Position numbers and translations under genes: made by a program
In this document: positions 36,278-44,381 of the stretch, piece by piece
How the letters are laid out: each line of letters starts with the position of its first letter
Numbering within the stretch: the first letter of the stretch is position 1
Origin: Candidatus Micrarchaeota archaeon
GTDB taxonomy: Archaea; Micrarchaeota; Micrarchaeia; Micrarchaeales; CABMGC01
Direction of reading: 5' to 3'
Length of the DNA: 64,000 nt
NCBI GenBank assembly: GCA_028867025.1
Contig: JAGWHC010000001.1
Span: 118,972 to 182,971, forward strand
Notes under the pieces: generated by a model
Database searches by the model: none
What the model was told of the DNA's origin: nothing
Seen by the model: only the letters and a program-made list of their open reading frames with translations

Positions 36278-37315
36278 CTAATCGTGTAGCTCCTTTTTCA
36301 GCCTTTTGAAATCTATGCCGTGGAATTCGCGCGCGACATCTATGTTCCTCACTGGAAGGTAGCCCTTGACCACATCTGTGATTTTTGCAAACCTTACCCT
36401 GGCGTTATCCCCTTTGTATATCTCCTTGTGCGCCAGCACAGACTCGCGTATCGCCTTCTCCTCGGTATCGAAGCACCCGAGCCCGAAGACGAGGCTGCTG
36501 CCGCTCAGGATAGAGAGGTACTGGAACGTGTTGATTACCGGCGCCTTACCGTCGATATCTACGTAGTGCCTGTGGGCTTCCCTGTACCTGTCGAAAGCTC
36601 CCGGACTCAGGTCGTAATTCAAGAAGAAGAACAGGTTGTAATCTGTCGGGGGTTTCGTCAGGGTGATTGTGAACCTCTTTATCACGCCTTCCTTGGACAG
36701 CCTCTTAACCCTGTATCTTATGGTTTCCACCTTCTGCTTGAGCCTCTTTGCCATCTCCCTGTATGACATTCTTGAGTTTTCGTTCAGGAGCATGAGCACG
36801 CCCCTGTCTAACTCGTCGAGGCTGGGTTCGCTTAACTCGAGTTTCTCGATTACACTGTTGGGCATCGGCACGAAACCAAGCTGTTGAAGCAGCACTGAAG
36901 ACGGCTCTATTGTAGGGTTGTAATTGAGCAGCTTGTAGGCTGTCTTGAACCCCCAGTATGCATAGTCGTCGTCGCTAGCCGCCCTCATCATGAGAACAAG
37001 GTCAAAATCCCCGTCTGTTTTTGCTGCAAACCTCACAGCGGCGTCTTCCTCGAACAGCTTCCTGAGCGCCTGCGCAGACGGCTTTACGCCGAACCTGACG
37101 GCCCAGATGTGACTGTGCATGCGGGCCTGCAGCTTGTCGTTGCTGAACTCTATAGTATAGCGTATTCCAAGGTCTTTCTCGAGGGCGAGCATGTTGTACC
37201 AGACCGTGTTCCTGGCGCATTTAAGCTTCTTGGAGAGATCGGCCACCGAGGCGCTTGAATCCTCGCTGAGCGCCCTCAGGAGGGCCCTCTGTAGGTAGCT
37301 GTAGTACTTGGTCAC
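36278..37315 (-). CDS. Tandem (duplicated) Lrp/AsnC-type transcriptional regulator
   Basis: Two HTH_AsnC-like modules: LLRALSEDSSASVADLSKKLKCARNTVWYNM and LLNENSRMSYREMAKRLKQKVETIRYRVKRLSKEGVIKRFTI. Colinear paralog of 49349-50362. Confidence 0.7.
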   Translation of the reverse strand: MTKYYSYLQRALLRALSEDSSASVADLSKKLKCARNTVWYNMLALEKDLGIRYTIEFSNDKLQARMHSHIWAVRFGVKPSAQALRKLFEEDAAVRFAAKTDGDFDLVLMMRAASDDDYAYWGFKTAYKLLNYNPTIEPSSVLLQQLGFVPMPNSVIEKLELSEPSLDELDRGVLMLLNENSRMSYREMAKRLKQKVETIRYRVKRLSKEGVIKRFTITLTKPPTDYNLFFFLNYDLSPGAFDRYREAHRHYVDIDGKAPVINTFQYLSILSGSSLVFGLGCFDTEEKAIRESVLAHKEIYKGDNARVRFAKITDVVKGYLPVRNIDVAREFHGIDFKRLKKELHD

Positions 37316-37748
37316 CTTGGCACCCCCTTTGTTGGACAGAAGTCAGACGGAATTACCTATGTTCAGAATAAGAATAAAAATGGCTAGGGTACGTTTGCTA
37401 TAAAAATGCGGTTACGTGCTCACAAAAGCAAAGAGTTTTGGATTTTTGATAGTCAAATGCTCGATTTTATGCGCTTCTACCTAGCAAAAATGAAGCGCGA
37501 AAAGAACGTTTTAAAATAAGGAGCGGCAATGTATCCGATTGAGCACGTATTTCCGCACTATTTGCCAAGGTTTAAATTTTTGCACGCGTCAATGACAGTT
37601 GGTGGGTACATGATCGCTAGAAAGAGGATAGTGCGAAGTATAGGAAAAACTGGCGGAAATAAAGAAATAAAGATAGGGAGCACGCCCCCTCCCGTTATGA
37701 AGTATAGTCACCCAGTCATTTTCTCTCAATTTTATCTCTTTCTTTTAG

Positions 37749-37827
37749 CCGATTGAAATCGAAAAGATAAGCGCCAGAAATCGATTGAAATGAAACGGAT
37801 AATCAGGCAAAATCGATTGAAATGAAC
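37749..37827. repeat. About 2.5 degenerate tandem copies of a 31-33 bp unit containing (A)ATCGATTGAAAT(C/G)
   Basis: GATTGAAAT occurs at 37751, 37784 and 37815. Units: gattgaaatcgaaaagataagcgccagaaatc / gattgaaatgaaacggataatcaggcaaaatc / gattgaaatgaaccc. Contains the AATCGATT palindrome. Lies 28 nt beyond the 3' end of tRNA-Pro. Confidence 0.6.
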
Positions 37828-37854
37828 CCTTTAATATATACCCCAAATTTTGAC

Positions 37855-37927
37855 CGGGGAGTTTGGGATTTGAACCCAAGTCACCACCGCCCGAGGGTGG
37901 TAGCCTACCAAGCTAGCAGAACTCCCC
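37855..37927 (-). tRNA. tRNA-Pro (CGG)
   Basis: Hand-folded. Acceptor GGGGAGT/ACTCCCC, discriminator G, anticodon stem CCACC/GGTGG, loop CUCGGGC, T arm TTGGG-TTCAAAT-CCCAA. The D stem has one mismatch. Confidence 0.85.
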
Positions 37928-37933
37928 TTTATC

Positions 37934-38401
37934 CTATTTCTTCAAAGCCTTTCTTATAACCTTCAGGATGAATGCCGGGTCTGCGAAGACGTTGTCATAG
38001 AGGTGCTCGTCCCTTATGTCAGCTAGGCTGGCCCACCTGTAGTCAGTGTTCTCGTAATCGAGCCGCACTGCGCTCTTTTTGGACCTAAAAACGTAGAGTT
38101 TGTTTGGAATTATCCTTTTCCTCTCCTCGTCGACCTTCGTGACCCTGATCTGCTTGGAGAGCAGCGAGAGGTCTATCTTTTCCAGCCCCGTCTCCTCCAG
38201 CACCTCCCTGTAGGCTGTTTTGAGGGAGGGCTCTCCAGGGTTCCCTCTTCCGGCAGGGAAGGTCCAGATGCCGCTGTGCGACAGGAATGGTAACGAGACC
38301 CTCTTGAGCAAGAGAACCCTGCTTCCGTGGATAATTATGGCCACAACGCCACTATTGTTTAGGAGTTTGAAGCCAGAGTGCCGTTTCGGGTCAGACATCA
38401 T
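37934..38401 (-). CDS. Nudix hydrolase
   Basis: Nudix box GRGNPGEPSLKTAYREVLEETGL (Gx5Ex7REUxEExGU). Confidence 0.85.
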   Translation of the reverse strand: MMSDPKRHSGFKLLNNSGVVAIIIHGSRVLLLKRVSLPFLSHSGIWTFPAGRGNPGEPSLKTAYREVLEETGLEKIDLSLLSKQIRVTKVDEERKRIIPNKLYVFRSKKSAVRLDYENTDYRWASLADIRDEHLYDNVFADPAFILKVIRKALKK

Positions 38402-38430
38402 AAATATTTATCATGAAAACAATATAAGAG

Positions 38431-39651
38431 GTGGCCACTGTGTTCGAGGCAGAGCAGCTTTCGGTCAAGCGCACGCCGATAGCTTATCTGAACATGAGGA
38501 ACCCGCAGCTGCTCAAGTATTATTACAAGTTCAAGACACTGCAGATGATAGACAAAGAAGATATAAGCGGCTCCAGCCCGCCGGACATCTTCGTGGGCAG
38601 GTTCGGGTACCCCAATGTGTTCATAGGACCGCTGGTCCCGCCCATGCTCGGAGACACGAGCGAGATGGGCCTGCCGGAGACCTGGGTGAACAAGACCATA
38701 CCAGAGATAGTGGAGGCGAGATCCATGCTCGTGAGGGGCATGCAGAAGGAGAACATACACAACGTGGATGACAGCAGGACCGGCTCTATGCTCCAGGAGC
38801 TCGCGATAGCTGACAGGTACGCCAGCGTGGACATGCGGCTGGCGCGCAGGCCCAACCTCACGATCAAGTTCGATGAGAACAGTCAGCCCTTCGGCCCGAG
38901 CGCGCCGCTGAAGCTGATGAGCGTCGGGAACACGAAGACTAACAAGCAGATGGAGAAGGCGTATGCTGACACTGCCATGCCCGCGGGAACGGGCATGGTC
39001 GAGCTGTACGAGAAGGGCATAGAGGTGAGCAGGATACAGAAGATACTCGCGGCGGGAGGGCTGGGAATGAAGAACAACAGGAAGTTCGTGCCCACCAGGT
39101 GGTCCATCACGGCAGTGGACGACACGCTGTCCAAGTACAGGCTGAGCACGGTCAAGGAGACTGACAGCATAGAGCAGATAACAGTCTTCGAGGACGTGGC
39201 GCTGGATAACAGGTGGTTAGTCCTCCTATTTCCGGGAGCTTGGAGTTATGAGTTGGTAGAGGCGTGGTACCCTAATACTACCTGGAACCAGGACACGAAG
39301 AACATCGCCATATTCTCTAGCAGCGAGTTCTTCGCTGGCAGGAAGACCTACGCGGAGATAGGAGGGTGCTATTACGCCGCTCGCCTTGCAAGCTCGGAGT
39401 ACCTCAACAAGATAGGCAAGCAGGCACGAGTTGTGATACTTAGGGAGACGCATCCGGGCTACATAATGCCCGTGGGCGTGTGGAACGTCAGAGAGCACGT
39501 GAGAGCCGCGCTGAAGACGGAGCCGCTGCACTTCGACTCGCTACAGAGCACGCTGAACTTCATTGGAGTAAAGATGGCGATACCTGTAACTGAATGGATC
39601 AAGAATAGCGCTGTGCTGAGGGACATCATACATCAGCGCGTTTTGGCGTAG
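38431..39651 (+). CDS. Archaeal Nre-family protein (DUF650/DUF651; DNA-repair associated)
   Basis: SSPPDIFVGRFGYPNVFIGPLVPP matches the DUF650 N-terminal signature as I recall it. Length is about 400 aa. Confidence 0.55.
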   Translation: MATVFEAEQLSVKRTPIAYLNMRNPQLLKYYYKFKTLQMIDKEDISGSSPPDIFVGRFGYPNVFIGPLVPPMLGDTSEMGLPETWVNKTIPEIVEARSMLVRGMQKENIHNVDDSRTGSMLQELAIADRYASVDMRLARRPNLTIKFDENSQPFGPSAPLKLMSVGNTKTNKQMEKAYADTAMPAGTGMVELYEKGIEVSRIQKILAAGGLGMKNNRKFVPTRWSITAVDDTLSKYRLSTVKETDSIEQITVFEDVALDNRWLVLLFPGAWSYELVEAWYPNTTWNQDTKNIAIFSSSEFFAGRKTYAEIGGCYYAARLASSEYLNKIGKQARVVILRETHPGYIMPVGVWNVREHVRAALKTEPLHFDSLQSTLNFIGVKMAIPVTEWIKNSAVLRDIIHQRVLA

Positions 39652-39883
39652 CACACCTTCTCTGCCGTATATATAGAAAAATATAAGAGAAGAAAAGAAG
39701 ATTAAGGTTTATAACAAAGTTGGGGAAAAATTGGCTGATTGAGATAATACTAAAGTATATAAATTCATACCTACATAAAAGAATTACGCAAAATGCGTTT
39801 TGGCAACGCTATAAAAGAAGCCGTCTGTTTCTGGGTGATCATAAATTAGCGTTAGCTTTAAGCATTTTCGTTGTGTGATTAAT

Positions 39884-40738
39884 ATGATGAATGGTATTCC
39901 AACATTTGTTAAATGGGCTGGCGGCAAAAAACAGCTCTTGCCTCAGTTTATGCCTTTCTTCCCAAAGAAGATTGAAAGGTACTTCGAGCCGTTTGTTGGG
40001 GGTGGTGCTGTTGCTTTTTACATACTCAAACATTACAAACCAAACTATGTCTATCTTTCCGACAGTAATAATGAGCTGATTAATGCTTACAAGGTAATAC
40101 GAAATAATGTTAAGGATCTGATTAGGGGCTTGAAAGAGTACAAGAAAAAGCACTCCAAAGAATTCTATTACAAAGTTCGTGCTTTGAAACCTAATGAGCT
40201 TTCTGAATTAGAGTGTGCAGTAAGGTTCATTTATCTGAATAAGACCTGCTTTAATGGTCTTTATAGGGTCAATTCAAAAGGCGAATTTAACGTTCCTATC
40301 GGTAGCTACAAGAATCCTTCAATAGTTAACGAGAACGAACTTAAGGAAATATCTGGTTTACTACAAAACGCCAAATTCAGTACCAGCGATTTTGAGAACA
40401 TAGAGAACGAAATTCATAGGGGAGATTTTGTTTATTTCGATCCGCCTTACTATCCGCTATCGAAAACTTCAAGTTTTACCTCTTATACGAAAGAAGACTT
40501 TTTGGAGAAGGATCAGATAAGGTTAGCTGACTTATTCAAGCGATTAGACAAGAAAGGAGCTTATTTAATGCTCTCTAACAGTAGTGCAGAATTCATAGCG
40601 AAGCTATACAAGGAATACGAAAAGCACATCGCTCATGTACAAGCATCGAGAATGATAAACTGTGATGCCAAAGGTAGAGGTAAGATCAACGAAGTAGTAA
40701 TAACGAACTACCACACGGGTCTACAAGGAAAGCTTTAA
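39884..40738 (+). CDS. dam: DNA adenine methyltransferase, Dam/D12 class (N6-adenine)
   Basis: FVKWAGGKKQLLPQF...YFEPFVGGGAV (SAM binding) ...NGLYRVN...FVYFDPPY (DPPY catalytic motif). Confidence 0.85.
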   Translation: MMNGIPTFVKWAGGKKQLLPQFMPFFPKKIERYFEPFVGGGAVAFYILKHYKPNYVYLSDSNNELINAYKVIRNNVKDLIRGLKEYKKKHSKEFYYKVRALKPNELSELECAVRFIYLNKTCFNGLYRVNSKGEFNVPIGSYKNPSIVNENELKEISGLLQNAKFSTSDFENIENEIHRGDFVYFDPPYYPLSKTSSFTSYTKEDFLEKDQIRLADLFKRLDKKGAYLMLSNSSAEFIAKLYKEYEKHIAHVQASRMINCDAKGRGKINEVVITNYHTGLQGKL

Positions 40739-41305
40739 TCATTTCTTGCCGGCGTATCTTGATGCTCCTATAATTGAATAGATGTCGTCTTTCTCCGAGA
40801 GCTGTTGTAAGAGATTTCTAAACATATAGACTTCTCTGCCTGCTTTTGTATCGGTCTTTTCTTCTATGCTGAGCAATTCCATAATATAGGTAAGAAGCTC
40901 TATTGAGAATTGGCCATATTTGTTAAGTTCTTCAAACTCCTTCAAATCACTCTTACCAGCATATTTCAATTCGCATTTAAGTTGTTGTTCTTTGCTCTCA
41001 AACCCTTTAATCTCATCATAGATTTTCAAGAGATAGGCTACGTATTTTCGTGTAAGGGCCTTGTTCCCCTGCAATTTCATCAGAATTGCTACAGTCCAAA
41101 CAGTATGGCTTAATTGCCTGCCTTTGCTTCTTTCAGGAGTGAATTTATCTCTATATTTTATGACTATGTCTTTGTCGCTTTTCTTACCTTGATAAACATA
41201 AACGGTTTCTTGGTTTGGCAAGTCAAACTGTTTTATGAGTTCCAATGGCATACTTAGACTACTCACGAAAAAGATAAAAGAGCAGTATTCAACAAAGCCG
41301 ACCAA
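40739..41305 (-). CDS. Hypothetical protein convergent with and abutting dam (candidate cognate nuclease or other partner)
   Basis: 188-aa ORF (likely ATG at 41249-41251, MPLELIKQ...). Its stop abuts the dam stop. No motif securely recognised. Confidence 0.5.
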   Translation of the reverse strand: MVGFVEYCSFIFFVSSLSMPLELIKQFDLPNQETVYVYQGKKSDKDIVIKYRDKFTPERSKGRQLSHTVWTVAILMKLQGNKALTRKYVAYLLKIYDEIKGFESKEQQLKCELKYAGKSDLKEFEELNKYGQFSIELLTYIMELLSIEEKTDTKAGREVYMFRNLLQQLSEKDDIYSIIGASRYAGKK

Positions 41306-41436
41306 AACGGAATAGATATATAGTTTGGCTACCTACTATATTCGGGGGCGTTTATATCGGCTTAAATACTTTACTTTTGAAGTATTTGTGCGACCAGTAA
41401 ACCAATACGTATGTTACGAAAGTCGTACGTGCTCAA

Positions 41437-41742
41437 ATGGCAAAAATTGAAGAAAAAAAGATTGAAGAAAAGCGAGAACGAGTAGAACTCAAAGGAATAG
41501 ACCTGTACAGATTGCTTAATCCTAAATTCATCAAAAATTTGAAGAAAATTAGTTGGGATGCAGATCCCGTGGCCATAATGTTAATGGGCCACAAACGTTC
41601 AACCAAGAAGAAGGGAGAGCATTTTACATTATTGGTAATATCACACCATAGTAAAGAAAATTTGAGTAAGAAGATTATTTCTATAGAAGCAGATGATGTT
41701 GAATTTCTCGAAAAAATGAAAGATGCAATAAAGGAATCGTGA
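41437..41742 (+). CDS. Hypothetical protein (101 aa), gene 1 of a 3-gene cassette
   Basis: Lys/Glu-rich ORF, 4 nt upstream of the next gene. No family recognised. Confidence 0.5.
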   Translation: MAKIEEKKIEEKRERVELKGIDLYRLLNPKFIKNLKKISWDADPVAIMLMGHKRSTKKKGEHFTLLVISHHSKENLSKKIISIEADDVEFLEKMKDAIKES

Positions 41743-41746
41743 TTAA

Positions 41747-42292
41747 ATGACATGGAATAGTTTTGCCAGAGAGGAATACGGTGTCGAAAAAGCTGTAAGC
41801 GATCTCAGAGAAATACAATATCACGACAGCAAAATTTACCTTTCATTTCCAGTCTTTTCTACTTTCGGAAGGAGACAAACCCCGCATTTATGGAGGCCTT
41901 CTTTATTGAAGGATTATTATCAACTCATTTCGACCAGCCGGAGATCGTGGAAAATTCGTACCAAACTATTTAATGAATACATTAACACTGCTTTCATTAA
42001 AGAACTGAGGCTACCTAAAAATTCAAATGAGCTAATTACAGATCTTCTTGGAATCATGAGCAATTTCTTTAAGGGGGAGAGACTTAAGCACGAGATAACA
42101 ATTCAGCAAACCCACGATCCCGAAGATGATATAGCACAAATAAAAATGACTGTAGAGATTGATGATGATTTTAAACACATATACGAAAACCTCCGCCCAC
42201 AAATATATAAGTTGGCTGCAGATGCATTGCCCTCTGAATTAGTACAGAGTTTAGTAATCGATCTAAGAGCAATGAATCAGGGCTTTAGATGA
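41747..42292 (+). CDS. Hypothetical protein (181 aa), gene 2 of a 3-gene cassette
   Basis: ORF whose stop overlaps the next start (ATGA at 42289-42292). No family recognised, and no GSx10DxD NTase motif. Confidence 0.5.
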   Translation: MTWNSFAREEYGVEKAVSDLREIQYHDSKIYLSFPVFSTFGRRQTPHLWRPSLLKDYYQLISTSRRSWKIRTKLFNEYINTAFIKELRLPKNSNELITDLLGIMSNFFKGERLKHEITIQQTHDPEDDIAQIKMTVEIDDDFKHIYENLRPQIYKLAADALPSELVQSLVIDLRAMNQGFR

Positions 42293-42678
42293 ATCCCGAC
42301 GAATTTTTAAGACAGGCAAATAGGTTAGTTTCCCAAGAAGAAGTGGATTGCAGATCAGCGATTAGTAGAGCATACTATTCGTTATTTCATGAGGCTAAAA
42401 TACGTTTAGAATCACACCATAACAAAGAATGGCATCAACTGATAGAGAGTGATAAGAAACTTATCAAAGACACTCGAAACTTTATACCAAATTATCATTC
42501 TGTTGTAGTAAGACTCTTGGCTAAGTTGAATAAGAGTTATGGGTTTGATTACAACGGATTCAAAGAAAAAAGAACGCAAGCAGATTATTTCATAAGAGAT
42601 GCCTTTTTATCAGAAAGAGATTCGAAAATTATAATTGGAGAGATCGACAAGTTTATTGCAAAAATAAAGAACATATGA
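42289..42678 (+). CDS. HEPN-like (UPF0332/COG1895-like) helical protein, gene 3 of the cassette
   Basis: CRSAISRAYYSLFHEAKIRL... and KRTQADY resemble the HEPN/UPF0332 helix 1 and the R..ADY segment. 129 aa, predicted all-helical. Confidence 0.5.
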   Translation: MNPDEFLRQANRLVSQEEVDCRSAISRAYYSLFHEAKIRLESHHNKEWHQLIESDKKLIKDTRNFIPNYHSVVVRLLAKLNKSYGFDYNGFKEKRTQADYFIRDAFLSERDSKIIIGEIDKFIAKIKNI

Positions 42679-42772
42679 TATAACCTGTGAAAAAGTCATT
42701 AGTCTGTGAAAGAAGTCGTACTTTATTTACAAAGCCGCGCCAAACAGAAAAAATTTATTAAAGAAAGTGTAC

Positions 42773-43570
42773 CTAAATTACATATTTACCTGCATGCAAT
42801 TGCTTAGATTCTCCCGGCGTAGCTACGAATACATTTGTACCCTTTCTTATTAGCACCCTGCCTTCGAAATGGTAAACATCATCCTTATTCCAAGGAGGTA
42901 TGCGCACAATAAGTATTGAATTTCCTAGTACATTTTTCTGTGAAAGACTAACAACTAAAGATGGGGAAATAGTATTCTTTATAGAATTTTGCAAAGACTG
43001 ATCAAATTTCTGTCTGCTTTTATCAGTTCCTGATATTACTCCGTCATCTTCAACTCCATAGAAAATAAGTCCTCCAGACTTTGTATTTGCAAATGCGCAA
43101 ACTTCTTTAGCTAACTTATTGGTTTCGATTCCAGCGGCTTTAAACTCGTAGAGTTGATCTTCTCCATTTTTGCAAATGTCTAATATGTCTTTTTCTGAAG
43201 GCATAGAAATTGGAGTAAATACTCTGTTAGCGTGAGAGTGTTTAGCTCGTTTAATGTTGACTGTTTTTGGAAGTTTCTCAGGTTTGGAGAAATAGCCTAA
43301 AGATATGTGTTGTAGCAGGGGAACCTTTTCGTAAATGGTAGAGTCATTTTTCTTTATAGATTCTCCAATTGCGTTCTGTTTTGATTTTATAAGTTCCATA
43401 TCTCGCATTTTTTGCAAGTCATGAAGTGTTGAAGAAATTGGCTTGCCTGTTGCTTTCGCTATTTCTTTTCCAGTTCTGCGACCATTAACCAGCTTAAAAA
43501 CCTCTAAACGTTTAGGTGCTCCTACAAATAAAAGTCGCCCACGAGAGATGAGCTCTTGAAGTTCTGCCAT
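42773..43570 (-). CDS. wHTH plus AlbA_2 (Schlafen-type, former AAA_4) domain protein
   Basis: The N-terminus, FKLVNGRRTGKEIAKATGKPISSTLHDLQKMRDMELI, is a wHTH. The C-terminus, EDQLYEFKAA...LAKEVCAFANTKSGGLIFYGVEDDGVISG, is the AlbA_2 signature. Confidence 0.65.
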   Translation of the reverse strand: MAELQELISRGRLLFVGAPKRLEVFKLVNGRRTGKEIAKATGKPISSTLHDLQKMRDMELIKSKQNAIGESIKKNDSTIYEKVPLLQHISLGYFSKPEKLPKTVNIKRAKHSHANRVFTPISMPSEKDILDICKNGEDQLYEFKAAGIETNKLAKEVCAFANTKSGGLIFYGVEDDGVISGTDKSRQKFDQSLQNSIKNTISPSLVVSLSQKNVLGNSILIVRIPPWNKDDVYHFEGRVLIRKGTNVFVATPGESKQLHAGKYVI

Positions 43571-43603
43571 CTAATCTACGTGCCTATAAAGTTTTGAAAG
43601 GGA

Positions 43604-43780
43604 TCAGGATTTTTTTAGCAACTTCCTTACAGGGAACAGTCTACTGAAATCCGCTTGATCCATTCCTAGGAGTTCTGATAATGCGCTAGCAGACACTCCG
43701 TTCTTCAGTAGCTGTAGGACGAGAAGCTTCTTTACAGATTGTAACTCTTTAAGGACAGGATCACTTTGAATTTTGACCAC
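43604..43780 (-). CDS. Small HTH protein (58 aa), member E of a five-gene tandem array
   Basis: Sub-threshold ORF, hand-translated: MVKIQSDPVLKELQSVKKLLVLQLLKNGVSASALSELLGMDQADFSRLFPVRKLLKKS. GTG start. Overlaps the upstream gene by 20 nt. Confidence 0.45.
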   Translation of the reverse strand: MVKIQSDPVLKELQSVKKLLVLQLLKNGVSASALSELLGMDQADFSRLFPVRKLLKKS

Positions 43781-43991
43781 CTTTTTTCCGTTTTTCAGCG
43801 TTACGATGTCGTATGGCGGAACCAGTTTTACCTAATAGTGATCCGATCTCTTCAGATTTCATGCCTGCTTTTTTATAAATTTTTATTTTGATTGGCTCAT
43901 CTTTGCTTTCGGCAGCAATTATAGCAGATAATTTACTTATCTTGGCACTGATTTCTTTTAGGAGTTCTATTTCACTTTGGGGTTTGCCCAT
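43761..43991 (-). CDS. Small HTH protein (76 aa), member D of the tandem array
   Basis: ...ISKLSAIIAAESKD...KKAGMKSEEIGSLLGKTGSAIRHRN, with a basic tail. Confidence 0.55.
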   Translation of the reverse strand: MGKPQSEIELLKEISAKISKLSAIIAAESKDEPIKIKIYKKAGMKSEEIGSLLGKTGSAIRHRNAEKRKKGGQNSK

Positions 43992-43997
43992 CTTTCG

Positions 43998-44168
43998 TCA
44001 CCCTTTCTCTTTCTTATTCTGCGGATAAAGTTTTGTTAGTGTTTTATCAGAGCAGCCGATAATTTTTGCAACCTGCTTGACCCCACTTCCGCCCTTTAAA
44101 AGCACGCCCGCTAGCAGATACTCGATCGTCTCCAAGTGCTCTTCGGTTTTCTTGATTTTTTTAGGCAT
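43998..44168 (-). CDS. Small HTH protein (56 aa), member C of the tandem array
   Basis: Sub-threshold ORF, hand-translated: MPKKIKKTEEHLETIEYLLAGVLLKGGSGVKQVAKIIGCSDKTLTKLYPQNKKEKG. Confidence 0.45.
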   Translation of the reverse strand: MPKKIKKTEEHLETIEYLLAGVLLKGGSGVKQVAKIIGCSDKTLTKLYPQNKKEKG

Positions 44169-44172
44169 CTAA

Positions 44173-44379
44173 TCACGACTTCTTTGACTTTCTTATGCTA
44201 TGTAAGGTGACTCTTATGAGGTTAGGCGTTTTCCCGGTTATCTCCGCGATTTCTGAAGGTTGAAGGCCAACATTTGAGAGCAGCCTTACTTGTTCCCTAA
44301 GAGTCTTACCTGATACAACACTTGCTGCCAAGAGCTTTGTCATTTTCTCTAATTGCCCAAACAGTTTTTTCTCATCCAT
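44173..44379 (-). CDS. Small HTH protein (68 aa), member B of the tandem array
   Basis: ...MTKLLAASVVSGKTLREQVRLLSNVGLQPSEIAEITGKTPNLIRVTLHSIRK. Confidence 0.55.
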   Translation of the reverse strand: MDEKKLFGQLEKMTKLLAASVVSGKTLREQVRLLSNVGLQPSEIAEITGKTPNLIRVTLHSIRKSKKS

Positions 44380-44381
44380 TT

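Noticed and set aside
37529-37756. 75-aa ORF in the AT-rich spacer between the Lrp gene and tRNA-Pro
   Set aside because: No motif and odd composition. It overlaps the tandem repeats and lies in a region that looks regulatory. There is no support beyond being open.
37749-37827. Possible mini-CRISPR array (repeats ending in ATTGAAAT, reminiscent of the ATTGAAA(G/C) repeat termini)
   Set aside because: The period is only 31-33 bp with about 2.5 degenerate copies, so there is no room for a repeat plus spacer. No cas genes or leader are present. Treated as tandem repeats or operator sites instead.
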